Virus record (IMG/VR): IMGVR_UViG_3300047560_001157
DNA length: 64,000 nucleotides
Source: an uncultured virus (IMG/VR IMGVR_UViG_3300047560_001157)
Taxonomy: Duplodnaviria > Heunggongvirae > Uroviricota > Caudoviricetes
Direction: 5' to 3' (one strand)
In this document: positions 45,901 to 55,010 of the stretch, in pieces
How the letters are laid out: the number at the start of each line of letters is the position of its first letter
Numbering within the stretch: the stretch's first letter is position 1
The notes under the pieces: model-generated
Told to the model about the DNA's origin: nothing
The model's input: only the letters and a program-made list of their open reading frames with translations
Databases searched by the model: none
Position numbers and translations under genes: made by a program

Positions 45901-48822
45901 TACATAGTCTGTAAAGTTACGTGAGTCTTGTTGTGCGGCAGTAGAAAAACTAGAGTCTGTGTACAAATCAATTGCAGTTTCGCTGATTCGTTTTACATAG
46001 TAACGTGAAAAGTTTAATTCAACTGTACCAACAATATCGCGAATAAAGATCAAGTCTCCGTCATTGAGATTGTGCAGTGATGAAGTAATTACACGAGTTG
46101 GCACAACATCAATTCTTATACTGGATATAGATATTGGTCGTTCGCCGCCGCTGACAATCATACCAACATCAATCATGCTGGTATCATCAACTGTAACAGT
46201 CTTGGCATTTTGTACAGTAGATTGTACAACTGCATAAGTGCCAGCAGTTACATTGGTCTTGAACACCCACTGGTCACCAATGGCCACTGTGGTAATACCT
46301 GAAATAGGTGGCACTGAATCAACGTTAGCTGAAATAGCAGGTGCATTGATTGTGATCAAGTTTGCAGTTTGATCTACTGCTGTAATAATTGTTCCGCCAA
46401 TGATACCGTTACCAATTACCTGAGCGCCTGGTTGTATGCCTAGCCATTGACTGGTTGTAATGCCATTGGCTTCAAAAGTTAAACCAAACTGTCCTACTGT
46501 GGCATTTGAAATTACTGCATAGTAGGTATTAGGATTACTGATGTGTACATTTGGATTGGTTGCTGTGTAGCCAGTACCACGTGCAACAAGTCTAATGTAG
46601 TCAACGTGCTTGTAAGGCTGGTATACAATATTGGTTTCAACTGCGGTGGTGTAATCACTGCTGATAGAAATATAAGGATCAGCAACATAGCTGATGCCTG
46701 AATTGTTTACGCCAATTGAATCAACACCGGATGTTTTTAGAACTACATTACCTGTAGCAACTTCTGTGCCAATGCCTGGCAGTGGAGAAGAGAATGTTAC
46801 ACTTGGTATAAAGTTGTAGCTTAGATTTGATGTTATTACAGCAGAATTTACTGTGTATGTTGGCAACGTGCTGGTGTTTTGACTCACCAAGTGAATCTGT
46901 GTTCCAGTGCTGGTTGTAATAAAATCAACTCTGTAGATCTTGTTGTTTACTTCTGGATCTTCGTCGGCAGCAAAAATAATTCGTGTACCAGCAGTAAGAG
47001 CACGTGTAACGCCGTTGGGCATACGAATTACATAGTTCGTTTGTCCTTCAACTTCTTTGAAAGCATCAGTGATAGTAAAGTCAATTATATCAACTGGGCT
47101 TTTGGCTGTGCGACCATAGTCAAACAAATAAATGTCTGGATCAAATTCAATGATTGGACGCTTGGCTCTTTGTATACCCGATATGTCCAGCAATGCTGGC
47201 TCTTCTCTGTACTTGGCTGCTGATTCAATTGTTTCAATATGGAACCAACGGTTGCTTCTGGACCAAGCATTTAGATCGCGGCTGGCGCGATTAATCGTAA
47301 TATAGTCAGGAGTTGCAAGATTGCTGAGTTGTGCATAGTTTTCAGGAGAACTGAAATTACCAATGCTGATCAATTTAATTGCATCGCCTACACCTTCAAC
47401 AATGTAATTGTTGTTAGCATAAGAACTTGGAATTGCAGTATCATCAAATCTAACATGCAGACCGTTGGTAAACACCACCTGGTTAGGACTTGTATAGTTT
47501 ACTTTACCAACGATATCTTCGTCGATGTTAATTGTTTCTGTGCCTGGATTCACCAGTCTAATAATACCAGCAAACTTGTTGTCTGACCCGTCTTGATAGT
47601 ACAAGGTATCCAACGAAGCAGTAAGAGGAGGAACTGCTTCATATTGATTTGATTGATTCAATAGATATTCAACGTTGGAATTTTTTGTACCTGCTTTGAC
47701 GTAGACTTTTTCTCCCAATGCAACTTGTTGGATAGGATCCAGTTTAACAATTTGACGACCGCCTGCAACAGAAACCAAACGAATTCTAAAAATTCCCTTG
47801 CGGTTTACACCTGCAACGGTATCACCTGCTTCAAATCCTTCGCCGTCGTAATCAAATGTACCCGGCTGACCGTTTTCTGTACCTACGTCAAAGTTACCAG
47901 GATCTGTCCAGGCATCATTGTTGTTGTCATCAGTTAAAAAGATTAGAGTCTTGCCATTCAAACCTTGACTAACTCCATCAATGCCTCCAATGAGAGCAAG
48001 CTGGTTAGTCATTGCGCCTTGAATTTGGCTGTATTTTTTAGTTGTGGCAAAATCAACTGTGGCTGCTGTTTTTGCTGTTAAGAAAGTATCCTGTGCATTG
48101 CCAGCTGGTACGCTGAATTCAATTTCGCCAACATCAATACCATTGTTGTTTACGCCGAGCACACGGCGACTTAGTTCGGTTGCACTATCGCTGTAGGTTC
48201 CAGTGGCACCTAGATTTGTTTGGATCCAAAATGGATGACCTGGCTGGTTAACCTTGATACGATATGTTTGTCCTTTGATCAATGTGATGATAGGGTTTTT
48301 ATCGTTACCAAATTCAGTAAACTGATAACCTTGTACAGCAAGTGATCTGCTGACATTGTACAGAGACGAAACATCTAGATTGCTCGCGGTTACAGTAACT
48401 TCTGGCGGGCCATTTGGTAGCCATAGGTATTGTGTAAAGTTAACAAACTTGTCAATGTCAAAACAACCATCAAATGTGTAACTGTCACTGCTGAACAATC
48501 TGCTATGGTCATTTGTTAAACCACCATAGTATGAAATTTGTTGTAATAGATCTAGATAGCCATTGTAAAAGTCAGTCTGGCCTTGACCAGCATCTACTAG
48601 TACCGAAGATTCAAGTTGATAGTTTTTCCTATCTGTGTTTGGTTCTTTGATATAAGTGTCGCCAGTGCTCCATGCTGGTGCATCTTGACGACCAATATAA
48701 GAATCAACTCGTACAGTGGTGTCTGCTTCGCTGATCAATTGATCAACGGTGGCTGCAAGAAACTTTTTGTTAGTTTCACTGCGGAATACTTCAGGTAAAA
48801 GATTTATACTTTTAATAGACAT
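42967..48822 (-). CDS. giant baseplate-wedge/virion protein, N-terminal part (1951 aa)
   Basis: Follows the gp6-like gene; N-terminus LLPEVF...KFL..; carries the same repeat types as the 4134-aa ORF. Confidence 0.8.
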   Translation of the reverse strand: MSIKSINLLPEVFRSETNKKFLAATVDQLISEADTTVRVDSYIGRQDAPAWSTGDTYIKEPNTDRKNYQLESSVLVDAGQGQTDFYNGYLDLLQQISYYGGLTNDHSRLFSSDSYTFDGCFDIDKFVNFTQYLWLPNGPPEVTVTASNLDVSSLYNVSRSLAVQGYQFTEFGNDKNPIITLIKGQTYRIKVNQPGHPFWIQTNLGATGTYSDSATELSRRVLGVNNNGIDVGEIEFSVPAGNAQDTFLTAKTAATVDFATTKKYSQIQGAMTNQLALIGGIDGVSQGLNGKTLIFLTDDNNNDAWTDPGNFDVGTENGQPGTFDYDGEGFEAGDTVAGVNRKGIFRIRLVSVAGGRQIVKLDPIQQVALGEKVYVKAGTKNSNVEYLLNQSNQYEAVPPLTASLDTLYYQDGSDNKFAGIIRLVNPGTETINIDEDIVGKVNYTSPNQVVFTNGLHVRFDDTAIPSSYANNNYIVEGVGDAIKLISIGNFSSPENYAQLSNLATPDYITINRASRDLNAWSRSNRWFHIETIESAAKYREEPALLDISGIQRAKRPIIEFDPDIYLFDYGRTAKSPVDIIDFTITDAFKEVEGQTNYVIRMPNGVTRALTAGTRIIFAADEDPEVNNKIYRVDFITTSTGTQIHLVSQNTSTLPTYTVNSAVITSNLSYNFIPSVTFSSPLPGIGTEVATGNVVLKTSGVDSIGVNNSGISYVADPYISISSDYTTAVETNIVYQPYKHVDYIRLVARGTGYTATNPNVHISNPNTYYAVISNATVGQFGLTFEANGITTSQWLGIQPGAQVIGNGIIGGTIITAVDQTANLITINAPAISANVDSVPPISGITTVAIGDQWVFKTNVTAGTYAVVQSTVQNAKTVTVDDTSMIDVGMIVSGGERPISISSIRIDVVPTRVITSSLHNLNDGDLIFIRDIVGTVELNFSRYYVKRISETAIDLYTDSSFSTAAQQDSRNFTDYVSGGLITAYTIDYAQTKVAKVLSSTQFVTDKNVTIRAGAKLVFAGVPATAIARSDGNSIYNISVTNAGSGYASAPTVTIEDTQGNQATATAVVNDNLISYVEIVNPGAGYKVGENVQAEIVSYVELKTSATSTYGTDTLYFAEGTDLSAIKPGWLVFLVSTINGNELYTDFGLTPYAETDYTGPNPDDYISFMDIALTRADIRTVVTVDTDRLVLDGPIRSLDSDGEVIDLPLDSKIFVTCQSRFFTEDGYGSSARVPGNTKSGFLSVAEIVTGNEMVLDTVAGVQPGMVVKDVSGYISYTVTVLNVDAYTRRIKLSGDVTVPALTPVYFNNNADITATIASSEIDYIDITNSGRGYVHAPQITIESLYPVVTKVAACTGSTNLITYLDPTTLAPIQYQSGKVLKVDTYTGVVVGAKVTSTYDNFGVGLTTGANTPKVVALVLEQTASAVFEKRIVLDILQPEFSDIEVTFTYAAEAVALIDQQNSAIDVEDTTPETYDVGDTVVVNIPTNARQTSTNIVTYNQYYFTGTEWLPAQQKSDTNQEPLFDAFDKNGYSAGDGTTYPGTKFTGTKIFGYRIGSGKADTVLNFSLTYKNFQNVGDIEFSNYFQTDTFSYLLGFGEVSIPIKNFVLKQSTSDSYRLRNIWTPVTEKSKQYQVITHQYDGTTNYFEVDIEPETSNTIPYLKVFVGTTLLDSTQYVLTQFGGRKAIVINTSNLDTNKQVIIKIYSKSQSTIGHYETPVNFDLNPLNNNFEYLTLGQIRNHLVTKTQNHYGLVGPTLGNNNLRNISNKSWQGSILQHASPVAMAALFMTDKDLNVVQAIEFAQKEYSKFKNRFLDMAAKSQIDPYDIPASVDRVLESIMVGKSSMSPWYDSDMVPYGSKFRKTTRIPVLNVRQKTYLIPDTFDPTVLSRRAVLVYLQDTTTRTVQQLIRGIDFDFLTDTSSILVKDSVSLTYTSVIVIVDYSTTVENYIPETPTKL

Positions 48823-48834
48823 TCTATCACTTCA

Positions 48835-51800
48835 TTACAATTGAACTGCGGTAATAGCAGTTATAATTTCAACATCATCTGGCGTAGCACAACTAATAAT
48901 TATTTCATCAGGTTCAGCGTTGATTTGATACAAATTACCAAAGTTTTGCTGTGTACTCTTAGGAACAATAATCACGCTACTAATCTTTGTTGATAGCTCT
49001 GAGTGCAAATACGCACTCAACTCACTGAAATAAAAACTTTCACCAAAATCCCAATTGGTAACATCAAAATATTTGTTCACGGCTGCAATCACCGCAACCT
49101 TGACATCATTGTCGCTGATAACAATCTCAGGATTTTTAACTACCTTGAATGTAGCACGAAGTGCTTCATTGGCCTTTGCACCAAAAATTGGCTTGAATCT
49201 AGCAGGGTTGTAGATAATGGTATCACTGATGGTTTTGTAATTCTCAAGTTCACCGTAGGCCAATCGCAGTTGTTCAACATCAACTTTGATTGGCTCAGAC
49301 ACTTTACCACTGGTATCTTTGATCCAGGACTGATAGTCTGACGCATAACTCTTGGTTAGAATATACAAGTCAACAATGTTGTTTGGACTTGGATCAATTC
49401 TTCTATTAGAAGGGCTGGCATGACGATACTGGAAATACAAACCACGACGTCCATACAACCATAGATATTTTTCACCGTTGGCACTTTGTGTTAGTGTACG
49501 AGTTTCAACCCCTCTGCTTGCTGTAACGCTCAAGTCATAGAATTTGTTTTCTTCTGTTGCGTAAAAAATTTGTCCATCTTCGTACAAATTGTAAGCCTGT
49601 ACAATATCGCCTTGAGAAGCATAAAGCGTAGATACCAACGTGCTGGCAATAGGCGTAAACTGTTCAAAGCTGTTGTTATTATATGTACGTTTGAAGTACA
49701 CATACTTGCTACTTGAGTTAACCGCAGGATTTACTAACTCTTCAAAGATGTCAGGATTGTCTGGCACACCGTCGCGGTTGTTGTCAGAAAATTTAACTAG
49801 AATCTTGTTTGTGTTTTCGCGACCGTCTGGGTCAACAATCATTTTGTAGATAAACCAAGTTTTATCTTCGTACAAAGCTGTGTTACCATCAGGCAAACTG
49901 TTTGAACGTAAAACTTTAACTTGGTCGCTGAGTGTTGTAGCACTTTTACTGTCATACACACGCACACGTGGATCAAAATAGAATTTGGTTTCCTGTTCGC
50001 TTTCAAAGATATAGTTTATCTGACGATAGTAAATTTTATAACCAAATGTACCAGATACAAATGCCATGATCCAAGAACTGTCCAATGACGAACTGGTTTC
50101 GTCGCCTGCATAAGTTCCGCTGTATTCAGCGTTGTATCCATCAGTGTTGATCAACACGCTGTTGCTTTGTTTTAATTTCAAATCCTGCGGCTGAATAATA
50201 TTCCAGGTTGCTTGGATTTGATCAAATCTTAAACCAAAGTTTTTCTTGCTGTTGATCAAAGTAACAGCAGAGCGCAACACGTCTGGCGGAATAATATTGT
50301 AAATCTTAGGAATGATTTCATCAATGTACGCACCAGTAGGAACAAATGTACTCAATGTAATTGGTCCAGCATCTGCTGTGGTTAAAACACCATCGCCTGT
50401 ACCATCGCCTAGTACGTTTACAACTGTGGCATATATGTACAAATGATCGCCTGTGGCGTTTGGTGAACCGTCAACAATCTCGTTTGCTGAATTAAAATAT
50501 TTAGGTAACAATCCATTGTCTGATGTAGCACGGAACTTGATAATGCTGCCTGGCTTAACATATTTCAGACTGTTAGAACTTGCGGCACCAGTTTTCAATG
50601 CTGGCAGTGCCAAGGTTCCTGTGGTTTGTTTGCCAGTGGTTGCATTCAGTGTAGCATTGTAACTTTGTGCTGTACACAAAAATCCTGTACTTTGATTTGT
50701 GCTAACAGTCATCTGTTGCCAAGCACATTGGAAGATACTTCCGTTTACATCCAGGTCTGTTGTTTTGAATCTACGAAACTTTGAATAGATAAACTGACTG
50801 AAGGCAATGTAATTGTTAACCAACAGTTGATTATTCAAAATTTCATTAAACTGTCCGATGATGTCTCCAGACGTTTGTGGAACAAAGTCAAGACTGTCAA
50901 TGCTTTCGTTGCGATATAAAATTCCGTCTTCAGCAAAAATGTTTGTGCTGGAATATTTGCCTGTAACATCTAGTGTGTCAAGGTAACGGCTAATACCAGA
51001 GCTGGAACGGTTAGTACTCTTGATTTTAAGAATACTGTTGAATTTTGTAAATGGCAGGATGTTGTAATCCTCGCCGGTGATCATACGATTCTGTGTGTAG
51101 TACTGCTGTGGCGCTTTGTTTTTAATTTCTGTTAGTGTTTCACGAGCATTGGCATTGTTGACAGTGTAATACAAGCTCGCTCTGAGTGTTAAGGTTTCTG
51201 CTCGTCCGTTGCGGCTTACATAGGTAATTGGAACTAACACGTTTTGCATTTCTGCTGGCGCAATTTTATAATTCAAGCCGTTGCTCACACGATAGAACAA
51301 ACGGAACTTACCACTTGGAATGTTTGCAAACGCACCGTCGCCAAACACTAGATCGACCTGGTCGCCTGCGCGAGTATTGATCTGGTACAGGTTACGATTA
51401 ACTGAAGTGTTGTAAATGATGTTAACGCCGGTTACGCTTTCAGTTTTTTCCCACAGCTCAACATAGTTGCCATTGTCATCTAGTTGATACAACCATACGT
51501 CATCGTTGTTGATGTTGTCAACGTTAACTGACACTGTACGGTTAGGTAACTTTTGATCTAAAGTAAAATCAAGGTTGCGTAGTTCTCCTTGCTTGAAATA
51601 CATAAACCAACCACTGTTGGTGCTGTCGTTGCCTAGGTTATCATTACGATACAACAAGTTGAAAATACTGCGTGGACGTGGCTCACGCTCGTATACATAT
51701 TCTTGATTCAAGCTGGTAGGGCTAACCATTTCAAAGCGCATCAATGTTCCATTGACATTGCTCTCATAGCTGAAAGTTGGCAGTACGTTGTTAAGAATAT

Positions 51801-52368
51801 TAAGGCTGTATTCATCTGTTTGAATACCGCCAATGGCTTGGCTGTTGCCAGGCTTGCCCACAACCTGACTGTCAATCAAGGCTGCATTCAACACCAAGCT
51901 GAATTGCTCTAGCCAGTTGTCGTTGCCAGGGTCGTTCCAATTAACAGGCACATTGGACAATTCAATGCTGTTGCTGTCCATTAATGCTTCAGTGGTGCTG
52001 ATTGCTTCAACACGCATCAATCCAGTAGCGGCTACGTTTCTTTTAGGAACATAACTAACCAAACGAGCCAGGTTTAGAACGCTGTCTCTGCGCTCTGCTG
52101 TGTCAATGAAGTTTTCTCTTGCGTTAAGATCATTACGAAACGCTAGACTCTGTCCCAGGAAAGCAATCAAGTCAATCAGGGCTACATACTCACTGCTTTC
52201 AATAAAATCGTTGAAGTCTTCAGGATAGTAAGTGCGTAAGTAGTCGATCATTGTCTTACGCAATGTTTCGAAATCGTAGCTTTGGAAGTCAGCATTTTGG
52301 AAGGTTTGGTAAATCTTCTTCCAATCCTGTTGTACTAACAAATTAGTTTGTCTGGTTGTAGCAGCCAT
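48835..52368 (-). CDS. baseplate wedge subunit, T4 gp6-like
   Basis: DFQSYDFETLR, FNDFIESS, ENFIDTAERRDSV..LA..VSY.P, FGDG and TQNRMITGEDY. Confidence 0.85.
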   Translation of the reverse strand: MAATTRQTNLLVQQDWKKIYQTFQNADFQSYDFETLRKTMIDYLRTYYPEDFNDFIESSEYVALIDLIAFLGQSLAFRNDLNARENFIDTAERRDSVLNLARLVSYVPKRNVAATGLMRVEAISTTEALMDSNSIELSNVPVNWNDPGNDNWLEQFSLVLNAALIDSQVVGKPGNSQAIGGIQTDEYSLNILNNVLPTFSYESNVNGTLMRFEMVSPTSLNQEYVYEREPRPRSIFNLLYRNDNLGNDSTNSGWFMYFKQGELRNLDFTLDQKLPNRTVSVNVDNINNDDVWLYQLDDNGNYVELWEKTESVTGVNIIYNTSVNRNLYQINTRAGDQVDLVFGDGAFANIPSGKFRLFYRVSNGLNYKIAPAEMQNVLVPITYVSRNGRAETLTLRASLYYTVNNANARETLTEIKNKAPQQYYTQNRMITGEDYNILPFTKFNSILKIKSTNRSSSGISRYLDTLDVTGKYSSTNIFAEDGILYRNESIDSLDFVPQTSGDIIGQFNEILNNQLLVNNYIAFSQFIYSKFRRFKTTDLDVNGSIFQCAWQQMTVSTNQSTGFLCTAQSYNATLNATTGKQTTGTLALPALKTGAASSNSLKYVKPGSIIKFRATSDNGLLPKYFNSANEIVDGSPNATGDHLYIYATVVNVLGDGTGDGVLTTADAGPITLSTFVPTGAYIDEIIPKIYNIIPPDVLRSAVTLINSKKNFGLRFDQIQATWNIIQPQDLKLKQSNSVLINTDGYNAEYSGTYAGDETSSSLDSSWIMAFVSGTFGYKIYYRQINYIFESEQETKFYFDPRVRVYDSKSATTLSDQVKVLRSNSLPDGNTALYEDKTWFIYKMIVDPDGRENTNKILVKFSDNNRDGVPDNPDIFEELVNPAVNSSSKYVYFKRTYNNNSFEQFTPIASTLVSTLYASQGDIVQAYNLYEDGQIFYATEENKFYDLSVTASRGVETRTLTQSANGEKYLWLYGRRGLYFQYRHASPSNRRIDPSPNNIVDLYILTKSYASDYQSWIKDTSGKVSEPIKVDVEQLRLAYGELENYKTISDTIIYNPARFKPIFGAKANEALRATFKVVKNPEIVISDNDVKVAVIAAVNKYFDVTNWDFGESFYFSELSAYLHSELSTKISSVIIVPKSTQQNFGNLYQINAEPDEIIISCATPDDVEIITAITAVQL

Positions 52369-52388
52369 TATATTGTTCCTGTATCACG

Positions 52389-52413
52389 TATTTACCAGAT
52401 CTAAAATCTGGTA
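52389..52413 (-). promoter_or_regulatory. putative late promoter (TAAATA) preceded by an 8-bp inverted repeat
   Basis: Minus strand reads TACCAGAT-TTTAG-ATCTGGTA-AATA, then an AGGA SD and ATG 52368. Confidence 0.6.
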
Positions 52414-52419
52414 CTTTAA

Positions 52420-52794
52420 TCAGGACGCTACAAGTTTTTGATTGTCCCGGTCAAATTTTAGATACAGGACGTCGGCTAGATTCAGCGGCACAAAGATCAA
52501 TTTGATTGAAACTTCAAGTCCCTGATCATAGGAATTAATTGATATTTTTTCAACTTTTAAGCGCGGATCGGTGCCTACAACTATACCAATTTCTTCACGT
52601 ATAACTTCGGTTATTTCACTGCTAAACGGCTCAAACAAGTAGTCCCACACGCTGGTTCCAAAGTTTGGGCGCATGAGTTTTTCGCCTTTGCGAATGTTAA
52701 AATGGTTAAACAGGTCCTGTTTGACTAATTCAAAGTCAGTTAGCCTGAACTGTTTTTTGCGGTTGTAGGTGCTGAAACCTTTGAATAATGCCAT
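52420..52794 (-). CDS. baseplate wedge subunit, gp25-like
   Basis: RKGEKLMRPNFG...LFEP...DPRL motif of the gp25/GPW family. Confidence 0.9.
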   Translation of the reverse strand: MALFKGFSTYNRKKQFRLTDFELVKQDLFNHFNIRKGEKLMRPNFGTSVWDYLFEPFSSEITEVIREEIGIVVGTDPRLKVEKISINSYDQGLEVSIKLIFVPLNLADVLYLKFDRDNQKLVAS

Positions 52795-52802
52795 GTTAAC
52801 CC

Positions 52803-54992
52803 TTAGTAACTTATCTTGTTCTGTATTGCGTAGCTGCCGGCTGCATAGTACGTTGCACCTGTTGTGCCGTTAGCATCACGCCCATCCCCTGTTCTTGCCC
52901 ATCTTGTTGCACCGCCTGCGCCCAGCAAGTGAGCTACTGCCAACATTCCGCCAACGTGTTCGGGTGGACTGTCTGCTGTGATTACTCCTGCGGCACTCAG
53001 CTGTCGATAGTTTCTAATAGTCAGTTCTTGCTGTGCTTTTTCTTGCTCGCCTGGACTGCCTAAATAGTCTCTACCATTACTTATCCCGTTTTTACCTGAC
53101 CAACATTCTGGGCGGTCAAAGGCGGCATTTCCGTACTGCTGATACGACCCTGGCTTCAAATAGCCCAGCGTTTCCAATGATTGTGCGCCGTGTTGATAGC
53201 GACCTGCATAGCGCAGTCTGTTCACTTGTTCATAGTCAGACCCATCTTTTTCAGGATCGCCACGAGTCTCTAAGTAAGCAATACCTGCCTGCAGAGAACT
53301 CAGCTTGTCTTGACTCAGTGTACCGCAGGGTGCGGTGGCTTTGGGTGCGCTACGACTGGTGTATGAGTTTGTTTTTGGTAGTAAATTACTACCCAACGTG
53401 GTTGTTAAGCCTTGTTTAACACCAGGAAATCTGTCCAGGTAATTGTCCGGCAATGCAGAGCCTACTTCAGGAACTGTGGATTGAATTATACGTCCGGATG
53501 CAGCTCTGTCCCCGCCAACAAATGTTTGCTTTGGTGCAGGACCATCTGCAATACCAATTCTTTGATTAGAAACAGCATCGTATCCTTCTCTGTTCCACGG
53601 CTCATGCGTTGGCAAAACTGCAACTGTACTCTTTGTAGCACGTTTTCTAGTTACCCAGTTGTTACCAGCCACCATGGTATCGTCGTGATCATATGTGGTA
53701 ATACCTTTTGGTAGTGTTGGAAGATCTGGTGCTTTGCCCGATTGCAACTGTAGTTTGCCTGCGGCATCAATGATGCCAAGACCCTTGGTCTTGAGTGAAA
53801 TCTGTCCATTGGCATCAATTTGTATTGGGCCATTCTGACTGGCCATTACGCATCGCTTGAATCCGTGTAAAAACAGTGAGTCGCCACCAGTGATGCCAAC
53901 TTGTTTAGCCCCTTCAAGAATCATTTCACCGTCTGTGAACATTTCAATGCCAGACTGTCCGTAGATGCTGACCTTTTGATCACTGTGCAAGTTCAAGTCG
54001 CCACGTGTTCTCATGTTTATACTGGAGCCAGAGTAAACGCTCATTTGTCCAGTGGGACTTAATTCAATCCAGCAACTGCCGGCAGCATTAATTACATAAA
54101 ACGCACCAGTAGTATCGTCCATTAACAGTTGATGTCCTCCGGCACTGCGTAGTCGTATCTGCTGACCTTGGCCGTAGTAGTCGCCGTCATCCATGACAAA
54201 ACTGTGTCCACCTACACGCTCGTATATTGGTTTAGTAGGGTCAGCGTTTTTGTTTTGATTGGCGTTGTAACCTGGATCATTTTTGGGTCTGCCAGGTGTG
54301 CTCCATCCAAACACGCCGCTGGGAATATCACGCTGACTACTGCTACGAGTTGGACCTCTTACAATATCCCCGGCTAGTCCTTGTTCAATATAGCTAGGTG
54401 CTAGAAATTCGTGTACTGCTTTTTTACGTGTGGCTACTGGATCGGAATATTTGCCGTAACGGTTAAATTCTGACAGTGGAATATTTGCTGTGTCAAGTTG
54501 ATTAATAGTTCCTTTGAGTGTTGCACTTTCGACTGTGTTTACATCAAAGTCTGTTCCTGGTGCACCGCCTGGGTTACCAGGAACCATGTAGTGTCCATCT
54601 CTATCAAATATACAAGCAAACCAAAAGCCTTTGTTTCTATCTCCGTTGATAAAAGTTATTAGCACCTGGTTGCCAACGTCCGGCGGTACTGCCCAGAATC
54701 CGTAGGTTTGTGAAGATGCGGAAAAAGTTTTTGCTAGACTTTTTTGCCCTTGTACACCAGGCGTATTTGTGCTGCCAAGGAAAGGACTTGCATATCTAAC
54801 AGTGATCCAATTCCTGGAATCGTCTTCTGCTCCGCCTAGTAACGGTATCCATACAGCTAACTTTCCGTTGCGTCCAGGATCATTAACGTTTTTTACAACA
54901 CCAATGTAAGTGCCGTAACTGAGCTTGGTACCATGCGAAGCTGTTTCATCATATTGTTTTGGTATTTTTTTACCGGTTATTTTATCACTCAT
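52803..54992 (-). CDS. baseplate central spike, gp5/VgrG-like, with C-terminal lysozyme-like domain
   Basis: N-terminal OB fold (DP.RNGKL.V.IP; PPDVGNQVLITFINGD), GHSFVMDD/GHQLLMDD, beta-helix repeats; C-terminal LET.GD...AGRYQ...AHLLG.GG. Confidence 0.8.
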   Translation of the reverse strand: MSDKITGKKIPKQYDETASHGTKLSYGTYIGVVKNVNDPGRNGKLAVWIPLLGGAEDDSRNWITVRYASPFLGSTNTPGVQGQKSLAKTFSASSQTYGFWAVPPDVGNQVLITFINGDRNKGFWFACIFDRDGHYMVPGNPGGAPGTDFDVNTVESATLKGTINQLDTANIPLSEFNRYGKYSDPVATRKKAVHEFLAPSYIEQGLAGDIVRGPTRSSSQRDIPSGVFGWSTPGRPKNDPGYNANQNKNADPTKPIYERVGGHSFVMDDGDYYGQGQQIRLRSAGGHQLLMDDTTGAFYVINAAGSCWIELSPTGQMSVYSGSSINMRTRGDLNLHSDQKVSIYGQSGIEMFTDGEMILEGAKQVGITGGDSLFLHGFKRCVMASQNGPIQIDANGQISLKTKGLGIIDAAGKLQLQSGKAPDLPTLPKGITTYDHDDTMVAGNNWVTRKRATKSTVAVLPTHEPWNREGYDAVSNQRIGIADGPAPKQTFVGGDRAASGRIIQSTVPEVGSALPDNYLDRFPGVKQGLTTTLGSNLLPKTNSYTSRSAPKATAPCGTLSQDKLSSLQAGIAYLETRGDPEKDGSDYEQVNRLRYAGRYQHGAQSLETLGYLKPGSYQQYGNAAFDRPECWSGKNGISNGRDYLGSPGEQEKAQQELTIRNYRQLSAAGVITADSPPEHVGGMLAVAHLLGAGGATRWARTGDGRDANGTTGATYYAAGSYAIQNKISY

Positions 54993-55010
54993 TGATATGT
55001 CCCTAGTTGA

